Source: Ostreococcus lucimarinus
Lineage: Eukaryota
Direction: 5' to 3' (one strand)
Assembly: GCA_000092065.1 (NCBI GenBank)
Contig: CP000600.1
Length of the DNA stretch: 64,000 nt
The position numbers were made by a program, and so were the translations under genes. The stretch's first letter is position 1, and each line of letters begins with the position of its first letter. Shown here one piece after another: positions 50,590 through 59,395 of this stretch. The notes under the pieces are model-generated. The model saw only the letters and a list, made by a program, of their open reading frames with translations, searched no databases and was not told the DNA's origin.

Positions 50590-51792
50590 CTAAAGCTTCG
50601 CAAGCAACAATTCACCCATCTTCACGCAGCCGACGAGCGTCTTGCCTTCCTGCATGATGTCGCCCGTGCGATAGCCATCATCCAAAACATCGTTCACCGC
50701 CTTTTCGAGCGCAGACGCGATGCCTTCTTCGCCGAATTGGTATCGCATCATCATCGCCGCGCTCAAAACTTGCGCCAACGGGTTGGCCTTGTCTTGACCG
50801 GCGATATCCGGGGCGCTCCCGTGCACCGGCTCGTACAAGCCCGGACCCTCCAAGCCGATGGCCGCGGACGGCAACATACCGATCGACCCCGTCAACATGG
50901 ACGCCGCGTCGGAAAGAATGTCACCGAAGATGTTACCGGTGACGATGGTGTCGAACTGCGTCGGGTTACGGATGAGTTGCATCGCGGCGTTGTCGACGTA
51001 CATGTGCGAGAGCTCGACGTCGCTAAACTGCTTGTGGGTCTCGATGACGCGCTCCTTCCAAAGTTGGCTCACCTCGAGCACGTTCGCCTTTTCGACGGAA
51101 CACAATCGACCCTTGCGCTTGCGAGCGATTTCAAACGCCACCTTGGCGATGCGATCGACCTCCGGTTCAGAGTACACCATCGTGTTGAACCCGATGCGTT
51201 CGCCCGCGTCGTTCACGCCGAACCCCTTCGGTTTGCCGAAATAAATCCCACCCGTGAGTTCGCGCACCACCATGATGTCCGTCCCCTCCACGACGTCTCT
51301 TCTCAGCGTCGACGCCTCGATGAGCTGCGGCAGCACGTTCGCCGGTCGCAAGTTCGCGAACACCCCCAGACCCGCCCGCAATCCGAGCAACCCTTGCTCC
51401 GGTCGCTCCGCGCTCGGCAGGTTATCCCACTTGTACCCCCCGATCGCGGCCAGCAGCACGGCGTCGCTCGCCTTGCACATCTCCAGCGTCTCCTCCGGCA
51501 GCGGCGTTCCGTGCGCGTCGATCGCGCTCCCGCCCACGAGTCCCTCCTCGAACGCGAACGCGACGTCCGCCCTCGCGCCCGCCGCCTCGAGCGCGCTCCG
51601 CGCCACGCGCATGATCTCCGGCCCGATCCCGTCTCCCGGCAGGATCGTCACGTTGTACCGCTTCGACGCGTGCATCGCGACGCATCGCGCGCGTCCGCGT
51701 CGCGTCGCGTCGCCCGCGCGTCCCGCGCGTCGTCCGTCGCGCGTCGTCGGCGACGCGCGCGAGGGTTTCGTCGCGACGCGCGTCGTCGCCAT
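50590..51792 (-). CDS. LEU2: 3-isopropylmalate dehydrogenase with a transit-peptide-like leader
   Basis: [19 protein letters not shown]..., NLRP..., ...[11 protein letters not shown]..., [27 protein letters not shown] are IMDH/ICDH-family motifs. Start set at [11 protein letters not shown] (ATG 51790-51792); the remaining 138 codons of ORF 50590..52206 are R-rich artifact. Confidence 0.88.
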   Translation of the reverse strand: MATTRVATKPSRASPTTRDGRRAGRAGDATRRGRARCVAMHASKRYNVTILPGDGIGPEIMRVARSALEAAGARADVAFAFEEGLVGGSAIDAHGTPLPEETLEMCKASDAVLLAAIGGYKWDNLPSAERPEQGLLGLRAGLGVFANLRPANVLPQLIEASTLRRDVVEGTDIMVVRELTGGIYFGKPKGFGVNDAGERIGFNTMVYSEPEVDRIAKVAFEIARKRKGRLCSVEKANVLEVSQLWKERVIETHKQFSDVELSHMYVDNAAMQLIRNPTQFDTIVTGNIFGDILSDAASMLTGSIGMLPSAAIGLEGPGLYEPVHGSAPDIAGQDKANPLAQVLSAAMMMRYQFGEEGIASALEKAVNDVLDDGYRTGDIMQEGKTLVGCVKMGELLLAKL

Positions 51793-52210
51793 CGTCGTCG
51801 TCGTCCGTCTCGCGTCCGTCGCGGGCGTCGGTCGCGTTCGGAGCGCGTTCACGCGCGCGTTCGCGGTCGTCGCGGAGACGCGTCGCGGTCTCGCGTCGCG
51901 CGCGTCGCGCGGGGCCGTCGATCCGCGCGCGCGCCCGGCGTCGCTGACTCCCGGGTGTTTAGGGTTGAGGACATCTCCGCGTCGTCGGCGCGCGCGACGA
52001 CGTCGAGGGGTTCGTTCGCGTTTCGGGCTCCACAGTACGATCGAGCATCGCGTATTCCCGCGAGGCGCGGCGGTATATTTACTCCGAACACGAACTCGCC
52101 GCGCACGACGTCGACGGGTGGTCGGTTGGACGGCGCGCGCGCGCGCGAAGCGACGACGGCGCGGCAGACGGCGGCGGACGGGACGCGCGCGACGTCGGGA
52201 TCGCATCGAT

Positions 52211-53407
52211 ATGAGCGAGCGCGCGCTTCACACGTACGGCGCGCTGCTCGAAAGCCGCGCGCGCGGGGCGCTGTCGGACGCCGAGCGCGGCGCGGGCGCG
52301 CGGGCGACGACGAACGTCGCGCGTGCGCGCGCGAGCGATGCGTCGAGCGAGGACGAGGGAGACGCGGGAGGGCGAAGTCGACGGGAAGCGCTGGAGGACG
52401 CGGCGTGGCTGGAGGCGCGCGAGAGGGAGAACAAGACGTGGCGGGAACGCGCGCGCGAGGCGAGCGCGAAGGCGCGCGCGTGGTTGTACGCGAATTTATG
52501 GATCGCGTTCGCGCTGTACTTGGCGTTCGCGGTGTCGTGCCTGCAAGCGGTGAGGGACGAGCCGGGGTTCGAGACGTTCGTGGACGCGGTGTATTTCATC
52601 GCCATCACGGTGACGACGGTGGGGTACGGCGATATTTCTCCGCAGACGGACGCGGGGAAGATTTTTATGCTGTTTTTCATCATCGTCGGCATCGCGCTCG
52701 CGACGGTGGTGATTTCGAAGATCACCGACCTGATCGTCGACGCCAAGGAGCGGTCGGAGGTGAAGGCGCAGGAGGAGTTGGATCGATCGATGGAGAATGA
52801 TTTACATGCGCTGAGCGGGTCGCTCGGCGCGACGATGAGCGCGGAGGACATAGCGCGGTTCAAGGAACGCGCGGCGTTGGAGCACCAGAGCGTGGCGCGT
52901 GTCCATCCCGTGCTTCGCGTGCTGCTCCATCCTCTCGGCGTCATCACCATCGTCATCCTCATCGGCGCCGCGACGTTTTGCTCGCTCGAGTCGGGCACGT
53001 CGTATCTCGACGGCGTGTGGTGGGCCGTCGTCACGTCCACGACGGTCGGATACGGCGACATCTTACCGACGAATGATTCCTCCAAAATTTTCGCCGCGTG
53101 CTACGCCTTCATCGTCGTCGGCGTCATGGGCTGGGCCGTATCGCAGATTTGCGCGTCGGCGCTCGACAGCAAGGCGCACCACGACGGCGAGTTGCGTTCC
53201 TTCAAACTCACCGCGTCCTGGCTCGCCGAGCAGAGCGGCGATAAGGGTTACGTCGACAAGTTCGATTTCATTCGCTCCATGATCATCGCTCGCGGCGTCA
53301 TGAGCGCCAAGGAATTCGATAAAATCGCCGCTCGATTCTCCCAACTCGACGTCAACGGCGACGGCGCGTTGGACGTCGGCGACTTGCTCAACGTCCCGCG
53401 CGCGTGA
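52211..53407 (+). CDS. two-pore-domain K+ channel (plant TPK/KCO-like) with a C-terminal EF-hand
   Basis: Two pore loops [12 protein letters not shown] and [12 protein letters not shown], each flanked by TM helices (4 TM total), and the EF-hand loop [13 protein letters not shown]. Start at ATG 52211; the upstream part of ORF 51254..53407 is antisense to LEU2 and rejected. Confidence 0.85.
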   Translation: MSERALHTYGALLESRARGALSDAERGAGARATTNVARARASDASSEDEGDAGGRSRREALEDAAWLEARERENKTWRERAREASAKARAWLYANLWIAFALYLAFAVSCLQAVRDEPGFETFVDAVYFIAITVTTVGYGDISPQTDAGKIFMLFFIIVGIALATVVISKITDLIVDAKERSEVKAQEELDRSMENDLHALSGSLGATMSAEDIARFKERAALEHQSVARVHPVLRVLLHPLGVITIVILIGAATFCSLESGTSYLDGVWWAVVTSTTVGYGDILPTNDSSKIFAACYAFIVVGVMGWAVSQICASALDSKAHHDGELRSFKLTASWLAEQSGDKGYVDKFDFIRSMIIARGVMSAKEFDKIAARFSQLDVNGDGALDVGDLLNVPRA

Positions 53408-53448
53408 CGCGATCGGGTTCGAAAAGTCGCGCGCCCTTCGCGTCGGCG

Positions 53449-53453
53449 TGTAA
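53449..53453 (+). promoter_or_regulatory. TGTAA putative polyadenylation signal
   Basis: About 42 nt after the K+ channel stop 53405-53407. Confidence 0.4.
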
Positions 53454-53644
53454 CATGATTAATACCAAGCGACCGAGCGCCGCGCCGCCTCGGCGTCCAC
53501 GCTTCGCCCTCGACTGGTCCTCGCCGCGCTCCCGGGTTCGCCCGCCGGCGGGTTATATGGGCATATGTAGTCTATAATACGGTAACAGCCGCTCGACGCA
53601 TAAAGCGTATCCTCGTGACGTGGCGCGTAACCGAATCCGCGATC

Positions 53645-53671
53645 GCGGTCGGTCGCGTATGGGTAAACAGT
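53645..53671. repeat. copy B of the 27-nt conserved intergenic motif GCGGTCGGTCGCGTATGGGTAAACAGT
   Basis: Identical to 43847..43873; lies in the 815-bp spacer between the K+ channel and the PPR gene, about 60 nt downstream of an AT-rich TATAATAC-containing stretch (53545-53590). Confidence 0.9.
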
Positions 53672-54222
53672 ACGCGATTCTGGATATCGAGATGCGGGAT
53701 GGATACGACACCCGCGTGTATAAGACCCATCGCGCGTCGTCTCGGCGCGGCTTCACACGCGCGCGCGACTCGGGTGCGATCGAGTCGCGATTCGTGAGAC
53801 GCGTCGTCACACGCGCGAGGCCGTCACGCGCGTTTCGCGTCGAGGCGCGCGCGATCGCGCCCGAAATCGCGACGAAACGCGTCGCGGTCGCGTCGCGTCG
53901 TATCTTTGCGCGCGCGTCGAAAGCGGCGAGGCGACGACGACGCGCGACGACGACGGAATCGAAACGAACGAAACGACGCGACGCGTAAACGCATTGACGA
54001 CGTTCGCGACATCCGAGATCGCGAGGGCGGACACCGGTCGAGGAGGACGGCGACGCGGGGATAATCGCCGAGGGCGAGACGCGCGCGCGGGACGCGGCGA
54101 GACGACGACGCGAAGCGATGTGGGCGCGAGCGGTGGCGGCGGGACCGCGAACGGGACGGGATGGCGAGGCGAAGGGTGAGGGGGAGAAAAAAACGACGCG
54201 CGTCGAGCGAGGCGAGGACGGG

Positions 54223-56544
54223 ATGATGGACACGGCGATGGAGGTCGGGGACGGCGGCGACGGCGCGGGGACGACGCGAGCGAACGGCGCGCGAGAGGGA
54301 AACGCGCGGATGGTGAAGCCGAAGCCGAAGGAGCGGGGGGATCGGGAACAGCGGAATCTGAACGAACATCACGCGCGAAGGGAACAACAGCGCGCGCGGC
54401 ACGATGGCGCGGTGAACGGCGCGGGCGGTGGGAAACGGGGGGGGGCGAGAGATTTGGAGGATTTGATCGCGCGCGTCGAGGACGCCGAGGACGCTGCGGC
54501 GGTGGAGCGCGTGTTGCGGCAATCCGTCTTCAAACCGGGCGCACCGGCGTACACGACCGTAATCAAGGCGTGTGGGAAAGCGTCGCAGTGGGAAAAAGCG
54601 CTCAAGGCGTACGAGATGATGACGAAGTTACACGGCGCCAAGCCGAACACGATAACGTTTTCGGCGTTGATCAACGCGCTGGGCAAGGCAAAACAGTGCG
54701 ACAGGGCGTTTCAAATCTTCGACGAGATGAATGATCGAGGAATCGAGCCGAACATTTTCACTTACTCCGCACTTTTGGGCGCGTGTGCCAGGGCGAAGCA
54801 GTACCAGAGAGCGATGGACATCTTTCAAGACTTGATTGAAAATCATCGCGACGTCGAAGTCGATCGAATCACGTACGGCGCCGCGATTCAGTGTTGCGTG
54901 CAAGGTCGGCGAGCGGACAAGGCAATTGAAATTTTCGAGCGAATGCTTGCGTCTGGAATCAAGGGGAACATCATCACCTACAACGCCGTGCTGATGGCGT
55001 GCGAGAAGAGCGGCGACTCGGATGGGGCGCAGGAGATGTTTGAACGCATGAGCGCCGAGCAAGTTCCGATGGATCGCGCGACGTTTCACGCCATGATTGG
55101 CGCGTGCGATCGCGCTCGACAGCTTTCCAAAGTGATGGACTACTATCACATGATGCCAGAGCGCGGCGTTACGCCAGATGCGGGGACTGTGTCGAACGTT
55201 TTGATGGCGTGCAGTAACGCCAAGGACCCTTTAACGGCGATTAAAGTGTACCACGACGCTCGAGCGAAGTTTGACGTCCATCGCACGCCCGGCATGTTCA
55301 ACAACCTCATCGGTGCGTTACACCGTGGCAAGCGATATGACTTGGTTTACGAACAGCTGTTTCACGATAGTATGACGCAAAGTGCGCTCTCGGTGTCGAC
55401 GTACGTTCATCTCATGATGGCGTGCGAGCGATTCGGTAACTGGGAGAAATCTTTTCAACTTTTTGAAGAGTTCAAAAGACACTCTCCTTCGAGCGTAGAT
55501 TCATACGTCTGGACGCGAGTGTTTTACGCGTGCGGACGATTTGAAAGTGACGATCCGGTATGGAAGAATGGAGCCATTCCTGGGTACACGAGTCCGACGC
55601 TCCAACGCGCGCAAGCCACGATGCGAGCGCTTTGGGCCGAGTACAAGTCGAAATTGAGCGTGTTTAAAGAAATCAGCGCGGTGGCGGCGCGAGTCAGCAG
55701 AGCTGGTAGCAATCATCCGTCGGCACAAAGTGACGTCGACGCGTCTCTCGCTTTGGCGTCGGCGAAGCATTCAGAGCTCGCGCAGACGCACGAGGCGGCG
55801 CCCGCCGCGGAGTCAGCCGTCGAACAAGAATTCGTGCAATTGATCAACGCATACAGATCCGCCGCGGCGGCGGCAGCGCGATGCTCTGATCCGAGCACGG
55901 TTCTAGATATCCTTCGCACGTGCGAGTACGACGGAATTCCACAGGATTCGGTGATTTACGGCGCTTTCGTCGCCGCGCTCGCCCTCAACGGCGACCGCGT
56001 GGGGGCGAATGAAAAGTTCAGAGAGATGTTCACGTTGGGATTACAGCCGGGCGTGGCGGTGTACGCTGCGCTCGCGCGAGCTGCTGCACGAGCGGGTGAC
56101 GCTAATACCGCGCTCAGTCTCGCCGAGGATGTGAGATCCATGGTCGGAAGCTCGGTGGGCGACGGCGCCATCATCGACGCGGTGGTGGCGGCGTGCGAGG
56201 CCGGAGGGGACTGGACGCGCGGCGCGAGTTTGTTCACAATGTGGGCGGCAAATGGCGTCCAGGGGGCGAACGACGAATTGCGACGTGCAATCGCGGCGAG
56301 CAGTGGCCTCGATCCGGGGCCCACGAGACGGGGCACAAGTGTGTACAACGCTTTCCGACGCGAACCGCCGGCTGAGTCCCAAGGCGTCGCCGCCCCGCGA
56401 GATGCAAAAACGACGACGCTCACGGCGAAAGTTCAACCGTTCGTCCCGCGGGGAAGACCTTCGGTGCTGCGTGACGACGCAAAATCGAGCGAATCGAAGT
56501 CACCGCCAGATGAAGGAGAAAATCCTCCGGACGAAGCTTTGTGA
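54223..56544 (+). CDS. pentatricopeptide-repeat (PPR) protein
   Basis: About 12 consecutive 35-aa PPR units (YTTVIKACGKASQWEKALKAYEMM, TFSALINALGKAKQCDRAFQIFDEM, TYSALLGACARAKQYQRAMDIF, TYNAVLMACEKSGDSDGAQEMFERM ...). Start set at ATG 54223 (MMDTAM); the track begins at 54118. Confidence 0.85.
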   Translation: MMDTAMEVGDGGDGAGTTRANGAREGNARMVKPKPKERGDREQRNLNEHHARREQQRARHDGAVNGAGGGKRGGARDLEDLIARVEDAEDAAAVERVLRQSVFKPGAPAYTTVIKACGKASQWEKALKAYEMMTKLHGAKPNTITFSALINALGKAKQCDRAFQIFDEMNDRGIEPNIFTYSALLGACARAKQYQRAMDIFQDLIENHRDVEVDRITYGAAIQCCVQGRRADKAIEIFERMLASGIKGNIITYNAVLMACEKSGDSDGAQEMFERMSAEQVPMDRATFHAMIGACDRARQLSKVMDYYHMMPERGVTPDAGTVSNVLMACSNAKDPLTAIKVYHDARAKFDVHRTPGMFNNLIGALHRGKRYDLVYEQLFHDSMTQSALSVSTYVHLMMACERFGNWEKSFQLFEEFKRHSPSSVDSYVWTRVFYACGRFESDDPVWKNGAIPGYTSPTLQRAQATMRALWAEYKSKLSVFKEISAVAARVSRAGSNHPSAQSDVDASLALASAKHSELAQTHEAAPAAESAVEQEFVQLINAYRSAAAAAARCSDPSTVLDILRTCEYDGIPQDSVIYGAFVAALALNGDRVGANEKFREMFTLGLQPGVAVYAALARAAARAGDANTALSLAEDVRSMVGSSVGDGAIIDAVVAACEAGGDWTRGASLFTMWAANGVQGANDELRRAIAASSGLDPGPTRRGTSVYNAFRREPPAESQGVAAPRDAKTTTLTAKVQPFVPRGRPSVLRDDAKSSESKSPPDEGENPPDEAL

Positions 56545-56713
56545 ATGGGCGCCGCGGCGTCTGACAACCGACGAGTCGAGTCGTTTCATTCACCGACGCA
56601 CTTAGTTTTTAGCAGATTGTCAGTGTTAGAACTGAACTGAACCTAAAACAGTATCGAAGACTTGCGCGTAGTCGTTGTTCGTTAGAGTACACCGTTATTT
56701 GATTACATAAATG

Positions 56714-58018
56714 TCACAAGAGGCGAGCGATTTCGTCAGTCTCGAACTCGGGCGCTCGTCGAAGGCGACGTATGACGATGCCGACGATGGTGACAGCGAC
56801 CACACAAAAAAGTGAAGCGCGCGACACGTCTAGGTCACGAGTGCTGACTACGATTGAAGCTTTCGAGCCCAGACGTGCGCTGACACTCGATGTCGGCGAC
56901 GCTTCGCCGTTGAGCTCTCTTTGGAGCTCGGCGAGTTGTTGCTGCAAGCCGGGCATCGAAGGGTGGTCGGGCTTGCGTCTGCCGATCTTTCTGGTGAGCC
57001 GGCGAATATCCCGCTTAAGTTTAGCGGCCTGATCCGGCGTCAAAGCCGGCGGCGAGGACACGGGCTCGGACGCCGGACTCGGACTCGATGTCGGCGACGC
57101 TTCGCCGTTGAGCTCTCTTTGGAGCTCGGCGAGTTGTTGCTGCAAGCCGGGCATCGAAGGGTGGTCCGGCTTGCGTCTGCCGATCTTTCTGGTGAGCCGG
57201 CGAATATCCCGCTTAAGTTTAGCGGCCTGATCCGGCGTCAAAGCCGGCGGCGAGGACACGGGCTCGGGCGCCGGACTCGGACTCTCCACCGGAGTCGACG
57301 ACGGATGTGCGTCTGGAGTCGCCGTTGGCGGCGGGTTCGGTGGCGGATTCGGCGGCGGATTCGGCGGCGGACTCGGCGGCGGCGGGTTCGGCGGCGGATT
57401 CGGCGGCGGACTCGGCGGCGGCGGACTCGGCGTCCCCCCGTTCACCGTGGACGTCACCGACGACGTCACCGTGGACGACACCGACCCCTCACCCAACGCC
57501 GCGCCGACGCCCTTCGTCCACGCCCTCGCGCCCAGCGCCCGCGTCGCCTCTCCCCATCGCTCGATCGCGCCTCCTTCACCCGTTCCGCACGTCCCGATCG
57601 CGAGCGCCAAGCACGCGCACGCCCCCGCCGCGCGCCACCGTCTCGCGCGCGTCGTCCCTCGCCTCCGCGCGTCGTCCCTCGCGTCGTCGCTCGCGCTTCC
57701 GCGCGACGTCCGCGTCGCCCCGTACGTCCCTCGCGTCGTCGTCGCGTCGTCCTCGCTCGCGCGCGCGCGTCCCGTCGCGCGCGTCATCCCTCGCGCGTCC
57801 CGCGCGTCCCGCGCGTCCCGCGAACGCGTCGTCCCGAAGTCGTCCCGAACGCGCGCGCGGTCGGCGTCGAGCGGCGGCGCGACGGCGGTCGGGGTCGGCG
57901 TCGCGCGCGCCCGGCGCGACGCGCGCGCGGCGCCGTGACGGGGTCTAAGCGTTAGACGCAACTCCAATTCGTAGCCCGCGCGCGTGTATTTCGTAACACC
58001 ATACACCGATCGGCACAT
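56714..58018 (-). CDS. proline-rich repeat protein with a C-terminal transmembrane anchor (HRGP-like; start uncertain)
   Basis: PPPSPPPNPPPNPPPPSPPPNPPPNPPPNPP block, two identical 66-aa repeats (PVSSPPALTPDQAAKLKRDIRRLTRKIGRRKPDHPSMPGLQQQLAELQRELNGEASPTSS) and a C-terminal TM (LFCVVAVTIVGIVI). The N-terminal 75 codons of the ORF are low complexity, and the real start is probably an internal Met. Confidence 0.6.
   Translation of the reverse strand: MCRSVYGVTKYTRAGYELELRLTLRPRHGAARASRRARATPTPTAVAPPLDADRARVRDDFGTTRSRDARDARDARGMTRATGRARASEDDATTTRGTYGATRTSRGSASDDARDDARRRGTTRARRWRAAGACACLALAIGTCGTGEGGAIERWGEATRALGARAWTKGVGAALGEGSVSSTVTSSVTSTVNGGTPSPPPPSPPPNPPPNPPPPSPPPNPPPNPPPNPPPTATPDAHPSSTPVESPSPAPEPVSSPPALTPDQAAKLKRDIRRLTRKIGRRKPDHPSMPGLQQQLAELQRELNGEASPTSSPSPASEPVSSPPALTPDQAAKLKRDIRRLTRKIGRRKPDHPSMPGLQQQLAELQRELNGEASPTSSVSARLGSKASIVVSTRDLDVSRASLFCVVAVTIVGIVIRRLRRAPEFETDEIARLL
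56887..57280. repeat. near-perfect 2 x 197-bp direct tandem duplication inside the proline-rich gene
   Basis: Units starting at about 56887 and about 57084 differ at only 2-3 positions (seen directly); this produces the duplicated 66-aa peptide. Confidence 0.9.
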
Positions 58019-58053
58019 CGCGCGGCGACGGCGTCCGACGCGCGTTCGCGACG

Positions 58054-59322
58054 ATGGCGAGCGAGCGCGAGGGATTGTTGCGAACGAACGAACGCGCGAC
58101 GACGACGACGGCGAACGCGCGCGACGACGACGAGGACGCGGCGACGCGCGCGGCGTGGACGAGGACGCGCGACGACGAGGATGGCGACGAGGGTGTTACG
58201 CGCGCGAGGGCGAGGACGCGGACGCGCGCGTCGCGCGCGCGGGCGTTCGGGATGGCGTTCGTCGCGTTGTGCGCGCTCGTGGGGGGGCTAGCGCTCGTGA
58301 AAGCGGAACGAGCGCGCGGGGCGGGGAGGATCGATCGCGCCGCGCTCGGCGGCGCGGCGAGGGCGCAAAACGCGCCCGGACACGTGCCGGGATTGGCCGA
58401 ACACGTCGAGAGCGTGACGCGGAGCACGAAGTTTCGGGCGATTACGTTCTGTAATAAGTCGTATTGGACGTTCGCGCACGCCTTGCTGGAGTCGATGAAG
58501 GCTGTGGCGCCGTCCATCGTGGACTTTTGGACAGTCATCGTTCCGGACGAGGCGACGAAGGAGTTCATCGAAAAGGAAACGGCGGGGGCGGGGCACAAGA
58601 TTGACGTCTACGTCGACGATGACTTACGCAAGCAAGTCGCGAAGTTTGCCGAAGCGAGCAAAGAAGAGCTCAAGTCGATGCTGTCGTGGCGGCGCGTGCA
58701 CGCGGTGCAAACGCTCGTGGACAACGACTACACGGTGATGTTCCTCGAGCCCGACGCGGTGATGCAAAAGAACCCTTTGCAGCTCATCCACGACCAGCTC
58801 ACGACGAACGATCTCGTGCTCGGGGCGGACTACGGCTTAGGGACGACGGCGCGCAAGCACGCGAACACAAAGGTGATCGTGGCCAAGCCTTCCGTGCAAG
58901 GGAAGAAGCTGCTCAACGTCTGGCAGCGCGCCGAACAGACGTACTCGGGCGATAAGGCGGAGGTTGGGTTCCTTCTTAACGACGTCATCCCGCACATCGA
59001 CGCCCTGACGGCAAAGATACAAATCCTGGACCAGACCGTCGTCGGAAACTACCTCACCCACCACGAAAAAGCCGGGCAAGCCATCGTCACGGGGATGGGT
59101 TGCGACAACGTCGATTTCAAAATAAACTTTATGGCGCAGTTGTTGCGACACGTCCAACCGGACGATCCGAACGCCCCGAAGAGCGCGATAGATTACGAAG
59201 GCGTCTCCGCGGGATGCGACTACGCGGGCCGAGAGAAAGTCTTCAAAATTTCGAACGAGTTCGCAAAGAAGAAGATGGCGGCAAAGTTGGGATCGAACAA
59301 GGCGACTTCGAGCGATGAGTAA
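58054..59322 (+). CDS. type-II membrane nucleotide-diphospho-sugar transferase (Nucleotid_trans / GT77-like glycosyltransferase)
   Basis: Cytoplasmic tail, signal anchor (AFGMAFVALCALVGGLALV), then FRAITFCNKSYWTFAHALLESM...WTVIVPDE, D-rich VYVDDD, SWRRVHAVQTLVDNDYTVMFLEPDAVM resembling PF03407-type plant/algal arabinosyl/xylosyltransferases; family assignment is from memory. Confidence 0.55.
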   Translation: MASEREGLLRTNERATTTTANARDDDEDAATRAAWTRTRDDEDGDEGVTRARARTRTRASRARAFGMAFVALCALVGGLALVKAERARGAGRIDRAALGGAARAQNAPGHVPGLAEHVESVTRSTKFRAITFCNKSYWTFAHALLESMKAVAPSIVDFWTVIVPDEATKEFIEKETAGAGHKIDVYVDDDLRKQVAKFAEASKEELKSMLSWRRVHAVQTLVDNDYTVMFLEPDAVMQKNPLQLIHDQLTTNDLVLGADYGLGTTARKHANTKVIVAKPSVQGKKLLNVWQRAEQTYSGDKAEVGFLLNDVIPHIDALTAKIQILDQTVVGNYLTHHEKAGQAIVTGMGCDNVDFKINFMAQLLRHVQPDDPNAPKSAIDYEGVSAGCDYAGREKVFKISNEFAKKKMAAKLGSNKATSSDE

Positions 59323-59395
59323 ACGACAGAGAGTACGCACGCGCGCGACGGTCTCGGCTTAGATTTTTGTATAATTCCTACAACGGTCATCAAAA

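Noticed and set aside
50737-52800. 687-aa plus-strand ORF, Arg/Gly/Asp-rich
   Set aside because: Lies antisense to the LEU2 coding region and upstream of the real K+ channel start; composition (RRRRR, RGRRS) is typical of off-frame or antisense reading of GC3-rich coding DNA.
53553-54233. 226-aa minus-strand ORF and the plus-strand ORF 53620..53988 in the K-channel/PPR spacer
   Set aside because: Arg/Ala-rich low complexity. Their apparent conservation (RMGKQ / YCLPIRDRP) is only the translation of the shared 27-nt motif.
56921-57955. 344-aa plus-strand ORF, RRRR-rich
   Set aside because: Antisense to the proline-rich repeat gene (GGN/CGN antisense of CCN codons).
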